A stretch of DNA of 64,000 bases from Acipenser ruthenus. Taxonomy: Eukaryota. Shown here piece by piece: positions 1 through 11,712 of this stretch. The stretch covers positions 9,908,261-9,972,260 of the forward strand of contig NC_081212.1 of assembly GCF_902713425.1 (NCBI RefSeq). The letters run 5' to 3'. How positions within the stretch are numbered: the first letter of the stretch is position 1; every line of letters starts with the position of its first letter. The notes under the pieces are model-generated. The model worked only from the letters and a program-made list of their open reading frames with translations. It was not told where the DNA came from and did not search any database. The translations under genes were made by a program, and so were the position numbers.

Positions 1-609
1 CACACAGCAGCACAGAGCCCAGGGATTGGAAATGGCTAATTTCTGATTGTAAATTTTGGAAGCACCCCTCTCGGTGGTAGGGGGAGTCAATTGGTGGCAT
101 GTAAACTGCGCACAGGAATGTGTCAGATTGGGATTGGATGATTTTTTTTTCAATTTTGAGCCATAAATGTGTCTCTCCTCTTTTAATGGGAGAGACAGTG
201 TTTTTAAGTTCCTCTTTGTACCACACAATGATGCCCCCCCGAGTCCCTGCCACGTTTGATGTGGGGGTTCTTTAGGGAGGGGACTATCAGTTCCCTGTAT
301 CCATTGGGACAGTGTGTGGACACGTCCGCACGACTCCATGTTTCATGGAGGATTATTACCTCCATGTTATATTTACAAAGTCTGGGTCTGTGCTCTTCAT
401 TCCAAAGGTTGAGGAGCACAGACCCTGGATATTCCAGCTACTTATTTTAAATGATGCCATTTTTATTAACAAAAAATCTATGGTTTATAGTAGTAAAGAA
501 ATAAGAAGTGACAAAGTTTTACATTTTCATATTTAAATTTGGTTATGATTTATATATTTATACTATATTATTGTTATTTTCCTTAATTTTGTGGTATACA
601 GGTGATACA

Positions 610-1433
610 TTAGCTAATTAGCTTAGTGCAGATAAGGTTTAGGAGATGTCTTATCTCGTTCAGCTCCGTGCTGGCGGGGTTTCCTGGCCGGCGGGACACG
701 GCTGCAGCATAGCTGTGCTGCGGGGGCTGGGGGGAATGCGGGTGACGTGGGGGTCCCTGGCGTCGCTCCTGCTGATTGGCAGCTCTGTGGTGGGGGCGTG
801 GCCTGGGGGGCTGGATGGAATGCGGGGGGCGTGGGGGTCCCAGACGCTGCCCCTGCTGACTGGCAGCTCTGTGGTGGGGGCGTGGCCTGGGGGGCTGGGG
901 GATCCTAGGAGCTCGGGGGCGGCTGGGCGTGCTCCTGGTCTCGGTGTAGGGTGTGCTGGTGAGCTCTCGGCCCAGGGCGATGTCCTTGAGGGATTTAGCA
1001 AAAAGCTTCATGCCCTCCCTGTTGAGGTGCACCTGGTCGTACATGTGGTGGGGCCTGATGTGGTGGTGGTGTGCCAGGTGCACGCTGGGTAGCAGGGCGC
1101 AGCCCCGGGACACCTCTGTGTTTATGCTGTGGATGATGTGGAAGGGCACGTCCGCTCGGGGCAGCAGGGTGGACACGATGACTTTGGCGCTGGGGTATTC
1201 TCTGGCTGCTGTTTCTGCCACCTGCCGCAGGGATCTGGCCACATCTCCTCTGTCTGCACGCAGGTTGTTGGTGCCGGTGTGGATCACAATGTATTTCGGG
1301 CTCCTCTGTCTGCTTTTGGACAGGATTTGCAGGGCGCTCTGTGTCGTTGGGCACTTGATCTTGTCGACACTTCGGCCAGGGAAAAGCCGTCTTTCGTCCA
1401 GGTACCTCCCGTTCAAATCTATTAGGATGAGCA

Positions 1434-1434
<1 letters not shown>
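610..1434 (-). mobile_element. LINE ORF1 fragment of the CR1/L2 clade with an SGNH/GDSL esterase domain and a C-terminal proline-rich tandem repeat
   Basis: 274-aa ORF with the motif IVIHTGTNNL and downstream features typical of the esterase domain in CR1-like ORF1; repeated PRPRPHHRAA blocks. Confidence 0.6.

Positions 1435-1438
<4 letters not shown>

Positions 1439-1474
<36 letters not shown>
1439..1474. repeat. (CT)n microsatellite
   Basis: direct reading. Confidence 0.95.
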
Positions 1475-1477
<3 letters not shown>

Positions 1478-1510
1478 GATCTCCTGGGCTGCCTGTGGTT
1501 ATGGGTTCAC

Positions 1511-4500
1511 CTTTCTCTCAATTCAATTCAATTCAAATTGGCTTTATTGGCACGACAATAAAAATAATTGTGTTGCCAAAGCACATACATGGCATAACCG
1601 ACTCAAATATACAGACAAATAATTTTTTTTTTATTACTAACAGTATCCCTCCTCCCTCTATATTAATACAGTAAACAGAATCCCTCCCTTCCCCTCTATA
1701 TCAAACAGTACCCCCTTCCCCCCTCTATATTAAACAGAATCCCCCTCCCTCCCTCTATTAAACAGAATCCCCCTCCCTCAATTAAACAATACCCCCTCCC
1801 TCCCTCCCTCCCTCTCTCTATATTAAACAGAATCCCTCCCTCTCTCTATATTAAACAGAATCCCTCCCTCCCTCTCTCTTTTCCCTCTCTAGTGTGACGT
1901 GTTCACGGTCTGTCCCTCAGGCTATGACAGGTCTCCACGTATTGACCAGCCAGTCTGGCTGTGTGTTTGTCTTCCCCCAGCAGGATTGACAGCTTCTGGG
2001 TATCACACATTTTTGGGAATTCTGGGACTAAAACACAGAATTTGGGGAAGAAAATGTCCCTTATGTTTTTATATTTTTCACACTGTGTCAGGAAGTGAAT
2101 CTCTGTCTCGACCTCTCCTGTCTCACAGTGACCACAGTGCCTGTTCTCCCTGGCCAGCCAGGTTTGCCTCTGTCGGCCTTTTTCAATGGCCAGGTTGTGG
2201 TCACTGAGCCGGTATTTGGTCAGGATCTGCCTCTGCTTTGTGTTTCTGACAGTTACCAGGTAATCTGCCAGGGTGTAATTTCTATTTAGGGTCCGATAGC
2301 ACTCTAGTTTGTTTTGTGTTTTAGTATTTGTATCCCAATGGTCCAGATAGGAGTGTTTCAGGTGTTTTGTAATTTGGTTTACACTAATTGGAATTGTTTT
2401 TGCAGTGATGTCCTGAAGCTGACTGATGTCAGTGTTGCTCAGCTCAGTGAGCTTCAGGACCAGCTGGCTGAGGGGACTCTTTTCTGGGCTGAGCTCTTGG
2501 TATTGCAGGGCTTTATGATGGAGTGAGTTTGGGTCACTAGTTTTTAGATGAATCCAGTATTTTAATGCTCTTTTTAGGATGTTAATAATCAATGGATAAA
2601 GGCCTAATTCAGCCCTGCATACATTGTTTGGTGTTTTTCTTTGTAATCTCATGATATTTTTGCAGAACTCTGCATGCAGGGTTTCTGTGGGGTGTTTGTC
2701 CCATTTTGTGTAGTCCTGGTTGGTGATTGGGCCCCACACTTCACTGCCATAGAGAGCAATTGGCTGAATTACACTTTCAAAAATTTTGAGCCAAATTTTG
2801 ACGGGGGGATTTATATTGTAGAGCCTCCTCTTTATGGCATAAAAAGCCCTGCGTGCTTTCTCCTTTAGTGCATTCACTGCCAGGTTAAAGCTCCCTGATG
2901 CACTGATGGTCAGACCCAGGTATGTGTAGCTGCTGGTGTGCTCTAGGGTGGTGTTGCCTATAGTGAAGTGGTACTTATTTCCCTGAGATCTGGCTTTCTT
3001 CTGGAATATCATGACTCTGGTCTTGTTCATGTTTACTGTCAGGGCCCAGGTCTGACAGTACTGCTCTAGCAGTGCCAGGCTCTGCTGCAGCCCCTGCTCT
3101 GTGGGTGACAACAGGACCAGGTCATCTGCATAGAGCAGGAACTTGACTTCAGTGTCATGTAGAGTGAGGCCAGGGGCTGCAGACTGCTCCAACACTGTGG
3201 CCAGCTCATTGATATATATGTTGAACAGTGTTGGGCTCAGACTGCAGCCCTGTCTCACCCCACGCCCTTGTGTGAAGAATTCTGTTCTTTTGTTGCCAAT
3301 TTTCACACTACACTTATTTTCTGAGTACATTGATTTTATGATGTCATATACTTTACCCACTACACCACTTTGAAGAAGTTTAAGAAATAGTCCTTTATGC
3401 CATATTGAATCAAATGCCTTTTTAAAGTCTATAAATTAAGCGAATATTTTTCCTTTATTAGTTTGATGGACGTGTTTATTGATTAGGGTGTGTAGGGTGT
3501 AAACATGATCAGAAGTGCGGTGTTTTGGTAGAAATCCAATCTGACTTACTCAGGACACTGTGTTCGGTAAGGAAGGCCAGTATCCGGGCGTTAATGATAC
3601 TGCAGAACACCTTCCCCAGATTACTGCTCACACAGATGCCCCGGTAGTTATTGGGGTCGAATTTGTCTCCACTTTTATATATGGGTGTTATAAGCCCTTG
3701 GTTCCAGGCCTCAGGGAAATACCCAGCTCTCAGTACAAGATTGAGGAGTTTGAGCAGGGCCTCCTGCAGCTTGGGGCTGCTGTGTTTGAGCATCTCAGCG
3801 TTGATGCTGTCAGGTCCACTTGCTTTTTTTGATTTGAGGGCCTTGAGTTTATCATTCAGCTCCTCCACCGTGATTGGGGTGTCTAGGGGGTTCTGATTGT
3901 CCTTAATACAGGATTCTAAATTTTTTAGTTTTTCACAAATGGCATTTTGAGTTTTTTGTTCTTTGTTTTGTATTTCTTTGTAAAGGTTTTCAAAATGTTT
4001 TTTCCAAATGTTTCCATTTTGGATGGCCAATTCTTCTTTTTTTGTTGAATTTAGGTTGTTCCAGGTTTCCCAAAAATGATTTTGGTTTATTGACTCCTCA
4101 ATTTCGCTGAGTTGTTTATTAATATGGTCTTGTTTTTTATTTCTTAGAGTGTGTTTGTATTGATTCAGTGCCTCACAGTATCTGAGGCGTAAATCTGGGC
4201 TGTCTGGATCTTTATGTTTTTGATTGGATAGCTGTCTTAGTTTTTCCCTTCTAGTTTTACATTCTTCATCAAACCACTTTTTTTTGAATTTATTCTTTTG
4301 GTTGTTTTTCCGATTTACTATTTTTAAATCAGATTTTTCTGCTGCTTTTCTAAATATGTTATTCAAATCTTTTACAGCCAGAGTTACTCCTGTTTTTGTG
4401 TGTTGATACTGTGTGTTTTGAAATGTTTGTATTAGGGTTTCTATTTCATTGGTGCCAATTGCTTCTTTGTATATTTCTGTGCTGTTTGGAGCCCATCTGT

Positions 4501-4576
4501 AGGAATGGTTTAGATTGTACAGCTTACAGGGCTGTGTCTTTGTGTTGTTGATCTGCTCTGTTCTTTTTATGAACAC
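1511..4576 (-). mobile_element. 5'-truncated CR1/L2-clade LINE: ORF2 RT in two frames (3509-4576 N-terminal with NYRGI motif, 1903-3360 with YADD motif and a C-terminal Cys/His knuckle), and a 3' tail of 30-bp tandem repeats (1640-1900)
   Basis: RT motifs PNNYRGICVSS, FLLYADDLVLLS and HCGHCETGEVETEIHFLTQC; tandem (ccctccctctatattaaacagaat)n 3' tail; flanked on both sides by (TC)n plus the rcc1l exon-start motif. Confidence 0.8.
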
Positions 4577-4582
4577 AGTGAT

Positions 4583-4915
<333 letters not shown>

Positions 4916-5045
4916 ATCTCCTGGGCTGCCTGTGGTTATGGGTTCACCTTGCTGTCCTCCAGGACATGTGACCTGACCAAGGTGTGGGGGATGGGACTGA
5001 ACAAGGACTCCCAGCTGGGCTTCCAGCGCAGCCGCAGAGAACGCA
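4916..5045 (+). CDS. rcc1l: RCC1-like protein internal coding exon (ISWAACGYGFTLLSSRTCDLTKVWGMGLNKDSQLGFQRSRRER)
   Basis: AG acceptor at 4914-4915 directly after a 160-bp (TC)n; GTGAGT donor at 5046; RCC1-repeat motif; matches the human RCC1L segment ISSAACGYGFTLLSSKTADVTKVWGMGLNKDSQLGF as I recall it. Confidence 0.85.
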
Positions 5046-5273
5046 GTGAGTCCCAGTGCTCATCTCCCAAAGAATACTTTCTGAAGCCTATAACTAGGCT
5101 TGTTCCTTTTGGACGTTTATTTTTCAGAGACTCACAAAATGCCATAATAAATCACTCGCCTTTAAAATTGTACTGGGGTTCTTCATTGTAACACCATAAA
5201 ACCTAATTATACAACAGATTGTTGGTGTGTGTGCCTCAGTGACGTGGCCCCTCCTGTCTCACTTTCTCCCCAG

Positions 5274-5402
5274 CAAAGGGCTATGAGTATGTGCTGGAGC
5301 CTTCCCCAGTCCCCCTGCCTCTGGACAGACCTCAGGAGACCAGTGTGCTGCAGGTGGCGTGCGGTCGGGCCCACTCCCTCATTCTTACTGACAACGAGGG
5401 AG
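5274..5402 (+). CDS. rcc1l: RCC1-like protein coding exon (TKGYEYVLEPSPVPLPLDRPQETSVLQVACGRAHSLILTDNEG)
   Basis: acceptor CAG at 5271-5273, donor GTAAGG at 5403; frame continuous with previous exon (phase 1); strong match to human RCC1L GYEYVLEPSPV...QVSCGRAHSLVLTDREG. Confidence 0.88.
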
Positions 5403-5596
5403 GTAAGGAGGGGAGGATGGGTCAGCAAAGATACTACAGCGGGTTCTTGGGGTCTTTAGCCTATTTTCTGTGAAACAGTAATACAGTAGTGGTCATCACA
5501 TTACCAAAAGAACATGGTGGTCCTGGAGAGAGCTGTGGTTGTGTACTTATTTGTGTTGTAATATTCAGTGTGGTTGTGTTCTTATTTGTGTTGCAG

Positions 5597-5663
5597 TATT
5601 CAGTCTGGGAAACAACTCGTATGGACAGTGCGGAAGGAAAGTGATAGAAGACGAGGTGTACAG
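5597..5663 (+). CDS. rcc1l: RCC1-like protein coding exon (VFSLGNNSYGQCGRKVIEDEVY)
   Basis: acceptor TTGCAG at 5591-5596, donor GTACAG at 5664; phase continuous; matches human VFSMGNNSYGQCGRKVVENEIY. Confidence 0.85.
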
Positions 5664-6204
5664 GTACAGCCATTCACTGCCAGCCATTGCTTTACATATT
5701 GAATTGAATGTATTTTTGTAATTGTAATTAGTGCTGGAACAAATAATTGAATATTTGAACAAACACCCTGTATTCAGTGGTAAAAATGTTCCTATGCATT
5801 CAGAATTCAGAAATGATTGCTATGGAAACCAGTAAGCCATGTCTGAAATAAATAACAGCCATTCTGCTGCTGAGAAGAGTGTTTCTTTGCTATCTTTCAT
5901 AGGTAATTTGAGGTATCCGGTCTTTTTTTGTTCCTGAGAGCTTTTTTTACTGTAATGTGGTGCGAATGATAACGACATCCATATCATTCAAAATTAAAGA
6001 ACATTCAAACTTTTGTTTCAATTTTGAAAGAATATTCGAACATCAAAAACATGTTTGTTCAACTCTAGTGTTAATATATCCTGACACCACATTCAGCAAA
6101 AAGACAGTTTGTACATTAGTTACTAAATCTGTGAATAAAGGCAGTAATATAATGAAATATGGACGTCGCAACACTTAACTGCGCTGTTACAAGCGCTGGA
6201 GCAG

Positions 6205-6338
6205 AGACGGAAGAGGGAGGAGAGACAGAGGGAGGGAGGAGAGACAGAGGGAGGGAGGAGAGACAGAGGGAGGGAGGAGAGACAGAGGGAGGGAGGAGAG
6301 ACGGAGGGAGGAGAGACGGAGGGAGGAGAGATACATGC
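6205..6338. repeat. 19-bp minisatellite (gagacagagggagggagga)n, about 7 copies
   Basis: direct reading. Confidence 0.9.
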
Positions 6339-6585
6339 CGCTGATTGAGAGGGTCAGACTCGGAGGCACACCCCAAGTACCAGCAGGACCCGTGATGGCG
6401 ACCCCTAAGACACGGCTGCAGAAGATGGCGGCGGAGGATGACCCGGAGGCGTACCAGGCCATGACCAATGAGGAGGCTAACCAGTACGACCTGGTCAAAC
6501 AGGCCATCCTCCAGAGTCTAAATATCACAGGGGAAACACATCGGGTGAGGTTTTGGGAGTACCAGAGGCCACGGGAGACCACTGC
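6335..6585 (+). other. short ORF with SCAN/retroviral-capsid-like signature (…EAYQAMTNEEANQYDLVKQAILQSLNITGETHRVRFWEYQRPRE…) abutting a LINE RT fragment
   Basis: resembles the SCAN/Gag-capsid pattern E-FR-RFR-F-Y-E-GPRE; weak, from recall only. Confidence 0.3.
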
Positions 6586-7100
6586 TATGCTGATGATACC
6601 CAGGTATATTTGTCCCTAAAGCCAGGAATTTCTCCTGCCTGGGTGTTATTAGCTACTTGCCTTACAGACATCAAGCATTGGATGTAACAGAATTTTCTAA
6701 TGTTGAATTCAGATAAACAGAGGTTATGCTAGTGGGATCACAGAACCAACTAAAAGGAAATGTGGGATTACATGAGCTTGACCCTTGCAGTCTCTCATCA
6801 AAACTTAAACTAGAAATTAAGAGTTTGTGGGTCATCTTTGATCCTGAGCTATCATTAGGGAAGTTATTAAGGTATCTTTTTACCATTTGACAAATATAGC
6901 CAAACTTAGATTAATTATTTCTGCATCTGATGTCGAGAGACTAATGCATGCCTTTGTTTTATCTAGAATTGATTTATTGTAATGCACTTTTTTTCTGGTG
7001 TCCCAAAACATGTGGTATCCCATTTGCAGCTTGTTCAGAATACCGGCGCTAGAATTCTGACTAAAACCAGAAAAAAGTGAAGTACACCCCTCTGTGTATT
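6583..7100 (+). mobile_element. L2-clade LINE ORF2 3' fragment (from the ADDTQVYLSLKP motif to the C-terminus)
   Basis: translated motifs ADDTQVYLSLKPG, CLTDIKHWM, NFLMLNSDK, LQLVQNTGARILTKT, typical of fish L2 ORF2 C-termini; degenerate with stops. Confidence 0.65.
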
Positions 7101-7331
7101 CACTGTCTAAACAAAATAAAAGCGCGCCGCAAACAGCCTGTAAATAAATTGTGCACATTGAAGAAAACTGACTGTGTGTAGTTTGTGCTTCTTTGGAGTT
7201 TCAAAATTAACTGCTGTATTTATAACGTTAAATAAATAAATACATACATACATAAACGATCAGTAATGTTAAACGCAATTTTGAAGTAACGACCAACTAT
7301 AGCGGGTATGCGTGTTGTGGTAAGTAAATCA

Positions 7332-7337
<6 letters not shown>

Positions 7338-7376
<39 letters not shown>
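7338..7376. repeat. (ATT)n microsatellite
   Basis: direct reading. Confidence 0.95.
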
Positions 7377-8490
7377 GTTTTAGGCAGGGATTTCCGCATT
7401 GTGTTTCACAGATAGTGAAGGTTAGGTAGGTGGTACAGTATTAACAAGATGCAATGCATGATGTTGCAGTTGTCACTGAATAAAAAAAAAAAAAGTTTTT
7501 CATAAACTTGTGTCTAGTTTATATAGATTACATTCCAAAGTACTGTAATCTGTTTGGAATAAATATTTTAGTAACACCCCTGTAATATGTTAAACTTGCT
7601 TTAGGCTTGTTGCGAATGTTGTGTTTTTTTCTTTCTCCTGATGCTACCAAGGCGTAATTCCCGCTCGCATTCAGTTGTGCACAAGCTTTTACTGAACAGC
7701 AATGGCATTAAACTAATACCGTCGCGGGGAGCGAAAATGCATGTGTGCGGTGCAATCATCGACATTTACTTGTGTGCCCATTTATCGATTGCTATTTTGA
7801 GGCTTAACTGAGTCCTATTGTGTACCATATCATTGATTTTGTTTCTGTCTGTGTTGTTGCTTTAAAACGACTCTGAAGTATTGTTTACACTCCTTGCTCT
7901 TTTGAAATGAAATGCTGGTTTAATCACTTCGTTTAAACGCAGTGCTTGGGCGGCCAGAGCAGCAACACAGAGAACTGTCAGTTTACCTGGAAACAATTAG
8001 AACATTGCAAAAGTAGGGGCTACTTTTTATAAATTTAATTTTAGGAAGTATTTGCTTTTGTGGGTTGTGGATCCATCAGCACTTGGTTGTTACTGTATTC
8101 AGCAGAGCTTTGTTGTTTATCCTCTAATATACCATTTTATAGGACAATGTACTTCAGTATGTCATACGTAAGCAATAATATATACTAGATATCAAATAAA
8201 ATAGATAGTCTAAGATAAGTACAACCACAATACGTTTTTCTTACGGTAGTGGTTTTATGCAATATAGAGAAACTGTTCAATGTTTTACTGTTTCCAATCC
8301 ATCCATCCATTATTTAATTTTTTGTTTTGTATCGGACTGCCAGTATAGGAGGCGGGACACTGACCCATACTGGACACCACCAAAAATGATACAAACCCGA
8401 CGCCTCTGATTAGAACCTGATATATAGGGTATTAGTAGGCCGTCTGGTTTCTGGGTAAGGGTTTCTAATGTAGTGTGTTTCTCCCAACAG

Positions 8491-8542
8491 CGGCAGTCAC
8501 ATGATACACCGGATTGAAGGATTCGACAGCAAAGTGGTTCAG
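8491..8542 (+). CDS. rcc1l: RCC1-like protein small coding exon (SGSHMIHRIEGFDSKVVQ)
   Basis: acceptor CCCAACAG at 8483-8490, donor GTGAGG at 8543; restores the reading frame between exons at 5663 and 9831; matches human SESHRVHRMQDFDGQVVQ. Confidence 0.8.
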
Positions 8543-9830
8543 GTGAGGGGAGTGAGAGAAACAGGGGTTAGACATGAACACCAAGAGATGTACACGGCAC
8601 CAAATACCAGCTTTCTTTTATAGGAGCCCAGTTCTCAGTCAGTGTCACCAGGCATACTAGTTTTATGAGCTATAAAAAAACTTGGATAAAACCTTACAAA
8701 CTGTATTTAGCGGAAAGATCTTACTAAATTAATGGAAATAAATATCAAGAATTATGAACACTCAATACATCGACCAAAAAGAAAATATTTCCAAGTTGTT
8801 TTCCCTTTAATGGAACTACCACAGGGTCTATTTGCAGAATTGGTCTATTGTCATTATTGTATTCATGTGCATTGAATCCTATGTAGGCCCACTTTTTCTC
8901 ATTCTTTATACAGTATTTCTTTGAATTTAAGATGCACTTTTTGAACCATTTTTTGCTTCTCAAAAATAGCCTGCTTCTTAAATTTGAGTACAGTGTATGA
9001 TGCGTGTATTAAAATCGCAGACAAAATACATGACTACCAGAGTACACAAACAGCAACGTGACTGACTGCCGAGAAAAGACGAACCAAAGTGTTACTGCTC
9101 CATCTCGAATCATCCACGACATACAGGCAGCCGTTTTCAAAGAAGCGTCATTAGCTTCCTGAGGAGTTCAAAGAGCTTTTACAATTTCAGCGTTTCTAAC
9201 AATTGGCACCAGCTCGGACAGATAGGAAAAGCTGATCAGACCCCCGTATTTTTCGACATGCCAAGCAATACCACAGTTCACAAATTGGGAGAAAAACAGG
9301 TGTGAGTAATCCCAACTGGAAATGAGAAGCTCCAGTGCTCTGTGTGAAGGCAGACGACCGCAGACTGCCTCCATAATTGAGGTTGTATCTTTGTAAATGC
9401 AGATTTATTTGATGTTTTATCTTTTTTGAGGTGGTGAGTTTGGGCTGCGTCTTAAATTTGAGGATGTCTCAAATTTGAAGGAATGCAGTACTTCACATGC
9501 AGTTTAGCCTAACCAGCTTCAGCCTTCAGTATGTTGTTCAACATTATGAGATGTGATGGACATTAAAAGATGATATTGTTGAAAGATGGTGCCGCCCCTT
9601 GAAGGCACAATTCCCATCTTATAGAGTAGACCCTTGTGCTTTAAACACCCATGTGCCAGTCCTGGATGCCCATGGTGGACCAACACCACAGTGTAAGGCA
9701 GGTTTATATTTACCTTTCCTCGACTATATATCATGCTGTCTCTGCAGACGACTGCAGCTTGTACATTTTAAAATGAAAATGTTCAACGTCTCAGTTCTCA
9801 GTGTGATGTATTTTGCTTTCCTGTGTGTAG

Positions 9831-9915
9831 GTAGCATGTGGACAGGATCACAGCTTGTTCCTGACAGACACTGGCAATGTGTACTCCTGTGGTTGGGGGG
9901 CTGATGGGCAGACAG
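9831..9915 (+). CDS. rcc1l: RCC1-like protein coding exon (VACGQDHSLFLTDTGNVYSCGWGADGQTG)
   Basis: acceptor GTGTGTAG at 9823-9830, donor GTCAGT at 9916; identical core to human VACGQDHSLFLTDKGEVYSCGWGADGQTG. Confidence 0.88.
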
Positions 9916-10009
9916 GTCAGTCAGCTCAATAGAATTTCTTTATACTGTAATGTGGTTCAAATTGTACTTTTGTTTACCAGCTATTCAGAATTGAGGAATA
10001 TTTGTTTAA

Positions 10010-10200
10010 ATTCTGAGTTTGTCAGAACATAAGAAAATGTATAAACAAGAGGAGGCCATTTACCAGTCTAAGCTTGTCTGGATCCTAGTAGTTGATTGAT
10101 CTCAGAACTTTGTCAAGTTGGGTCTTAAAGTACCCAGTGATCCAGAATCAACAAGACTAGGCAGCACATCCCATACCCTCACCACTCTCTGTGTGAAGAA
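10010..10200 (-). mobile_element. 3'-terminal fragment (about 190 bp) of the CR1-like LINE family; abundant 5'-truncated copies
   Basis: reverse complement matches the end of the CR1-like ORF2 and 3' UTR seen intact at 51960-52168 (…FFTQRVVRVWN…gatgggccgaatggcctcct…ttatgttc). Confidence 0.7.
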
Positions 10201-10211
10201 GTGTCTCTTAC

Positions 10212-11712
10212 TTTATTTAGTGGAGGTGGGCGTGTGTCTGTGTCACACTTTATATAGTGGAGGTGGGTGTGTGTCTGTGTGTCACACTTTATATAGTGGA
10301 GACGGGTGTGTGTCTGTGTCACACTTTATATAGTGGAGACGTGTGTAGTCAGTCTGTCACACTTTATATAGTGGAGACGGGTGTGTGTCTGTGTGTCACA
10401 CTTTATATAGTGGAGGTGGGTGTGTGTCTGTGTGTCACTTTATATAGTGGAGACGGGTGTGTGTCTGTGTGTCACACTTTATATAGTGGAGACGGGTGTG
10501 TGTCTGTGTGTCGCACTTTATATAGAGGAGACGGGTGTGTGTCTGTGTCACACTTTATATAGAGGAGACGGGTGTGTGTCTGTGTGTCGCACTTTATATA
10601 GAGGAGACGGGTGTGTGTCTGTGTCACACTTTATATAGTGGAGACGGGCGTGTGTCTGTGTGTCACACTTTATATAGTGGATACGGGTGTGTGTCTGTGT
10701 CACACTTTATATAGTGGAGACGTGTGTAGTCAGTCTGTCACACTTTATATAGTGGAGACGGGTGTGTGTCTGTGTGTCACACTTTATATAGTGGAGGTGG
10801 GTGTGTGTCTGTGTGTCACTTTATATAGTGGAGACGGGTGTGTGTCTGTGTGTCACACTTTATATAGAGGAGACGGGTGTGTGTCTGTGTCACACTTTAT
10901 ATAGAGGAGACGGGTGTGTGTCTGTGTCACACTTTATATAGAGGAGACGGGTGTGTGTCTGTGTCACACTTTATATAGTGGAGACGGGTGTGTGTCTGTG
11001 TCACACTTTATATAGTGGAGACGGGCGTGTGTCTGTGTCACACTTTATATAGTGGAGACGTGTGTAGTCAGTCTGTCACACTTTATATAGTGGAGACGGG
11101 TGTGTGTCTGTGTGTCACACTTTATATAGTGGAGGTGGGTGTGTGTCTGTGTGTCACTTTATATAGTGGAGACGGGTGTGTGTCTGTGTGTCACACTTTA
11201 TATAGTGGAGACGGGTGTGTGTCTGTGTGTCGCACTTTATATAGAGGAGACGGGTGTGTGTCTGTGTCACACTTTATATAGAGGAGACAGGTGTGTGTCT
11301 GTGTGTCGCACTTTATATAGAGGAGACGGGTGTGTGTCTGTGTCACACTTTATATAGTGGAGACGGGCGTGTGTCTGTGTGTCACACTTTATATAGTGGA
11401 TACGGGTGTGTGTCTGTGTCACACTTTATATAGTGGAGACGTGTGTAGTCAGTCTGTCACACTTTATATAGTGGAGACGGGTGTGTGTCTGTGTGTCACA
11501 CTTTATATAGTGGAGACGGGTGTGTGTCTGTGTGTCACACTTTATATAGTGGAGACGGGTGTGTGTCTGTGTCACTTTATATAGTGGAGACGGGTGTGTG
11601 TCTGTGTCACACTTTATATAGTGGAGACGGGTGTGTGTCTGTGTGTCACACTATATAGAGGAGACGGGTGTGTGTCTGTGTCACACTTTATATAGTGGAG
11701 ACAGGTGTGTGA
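10212..11712. repeat. 37-bp satellite (cactttatatagtggagacgggtgtgtgtctgtgtgt)n, about 40 copies, with a higher-order period of 720-730 bp
   Basis: direct reading; supplied ORF artefacts recur at 719-731-bp spacing (10257/10988, 10420/11139, 10611/11330). Confidence 0.9.

Noticed and set aside
610-1434. esterase-domain ORF as a host lipase/esterase gene
   Set aside because: The domain architecture (SGNH esterase plus proline-rich repeats, no introns, minus-strand ORF adjacent to other LINE sequence) fits CR1/L2 ORF1 and not a host gene.
10118-11584. ORFs of 70-100 aa rich in C, V, T and L within the 37-bp satellite
   Set aside because: Repeat-translation artefacts with periodic recurrence.
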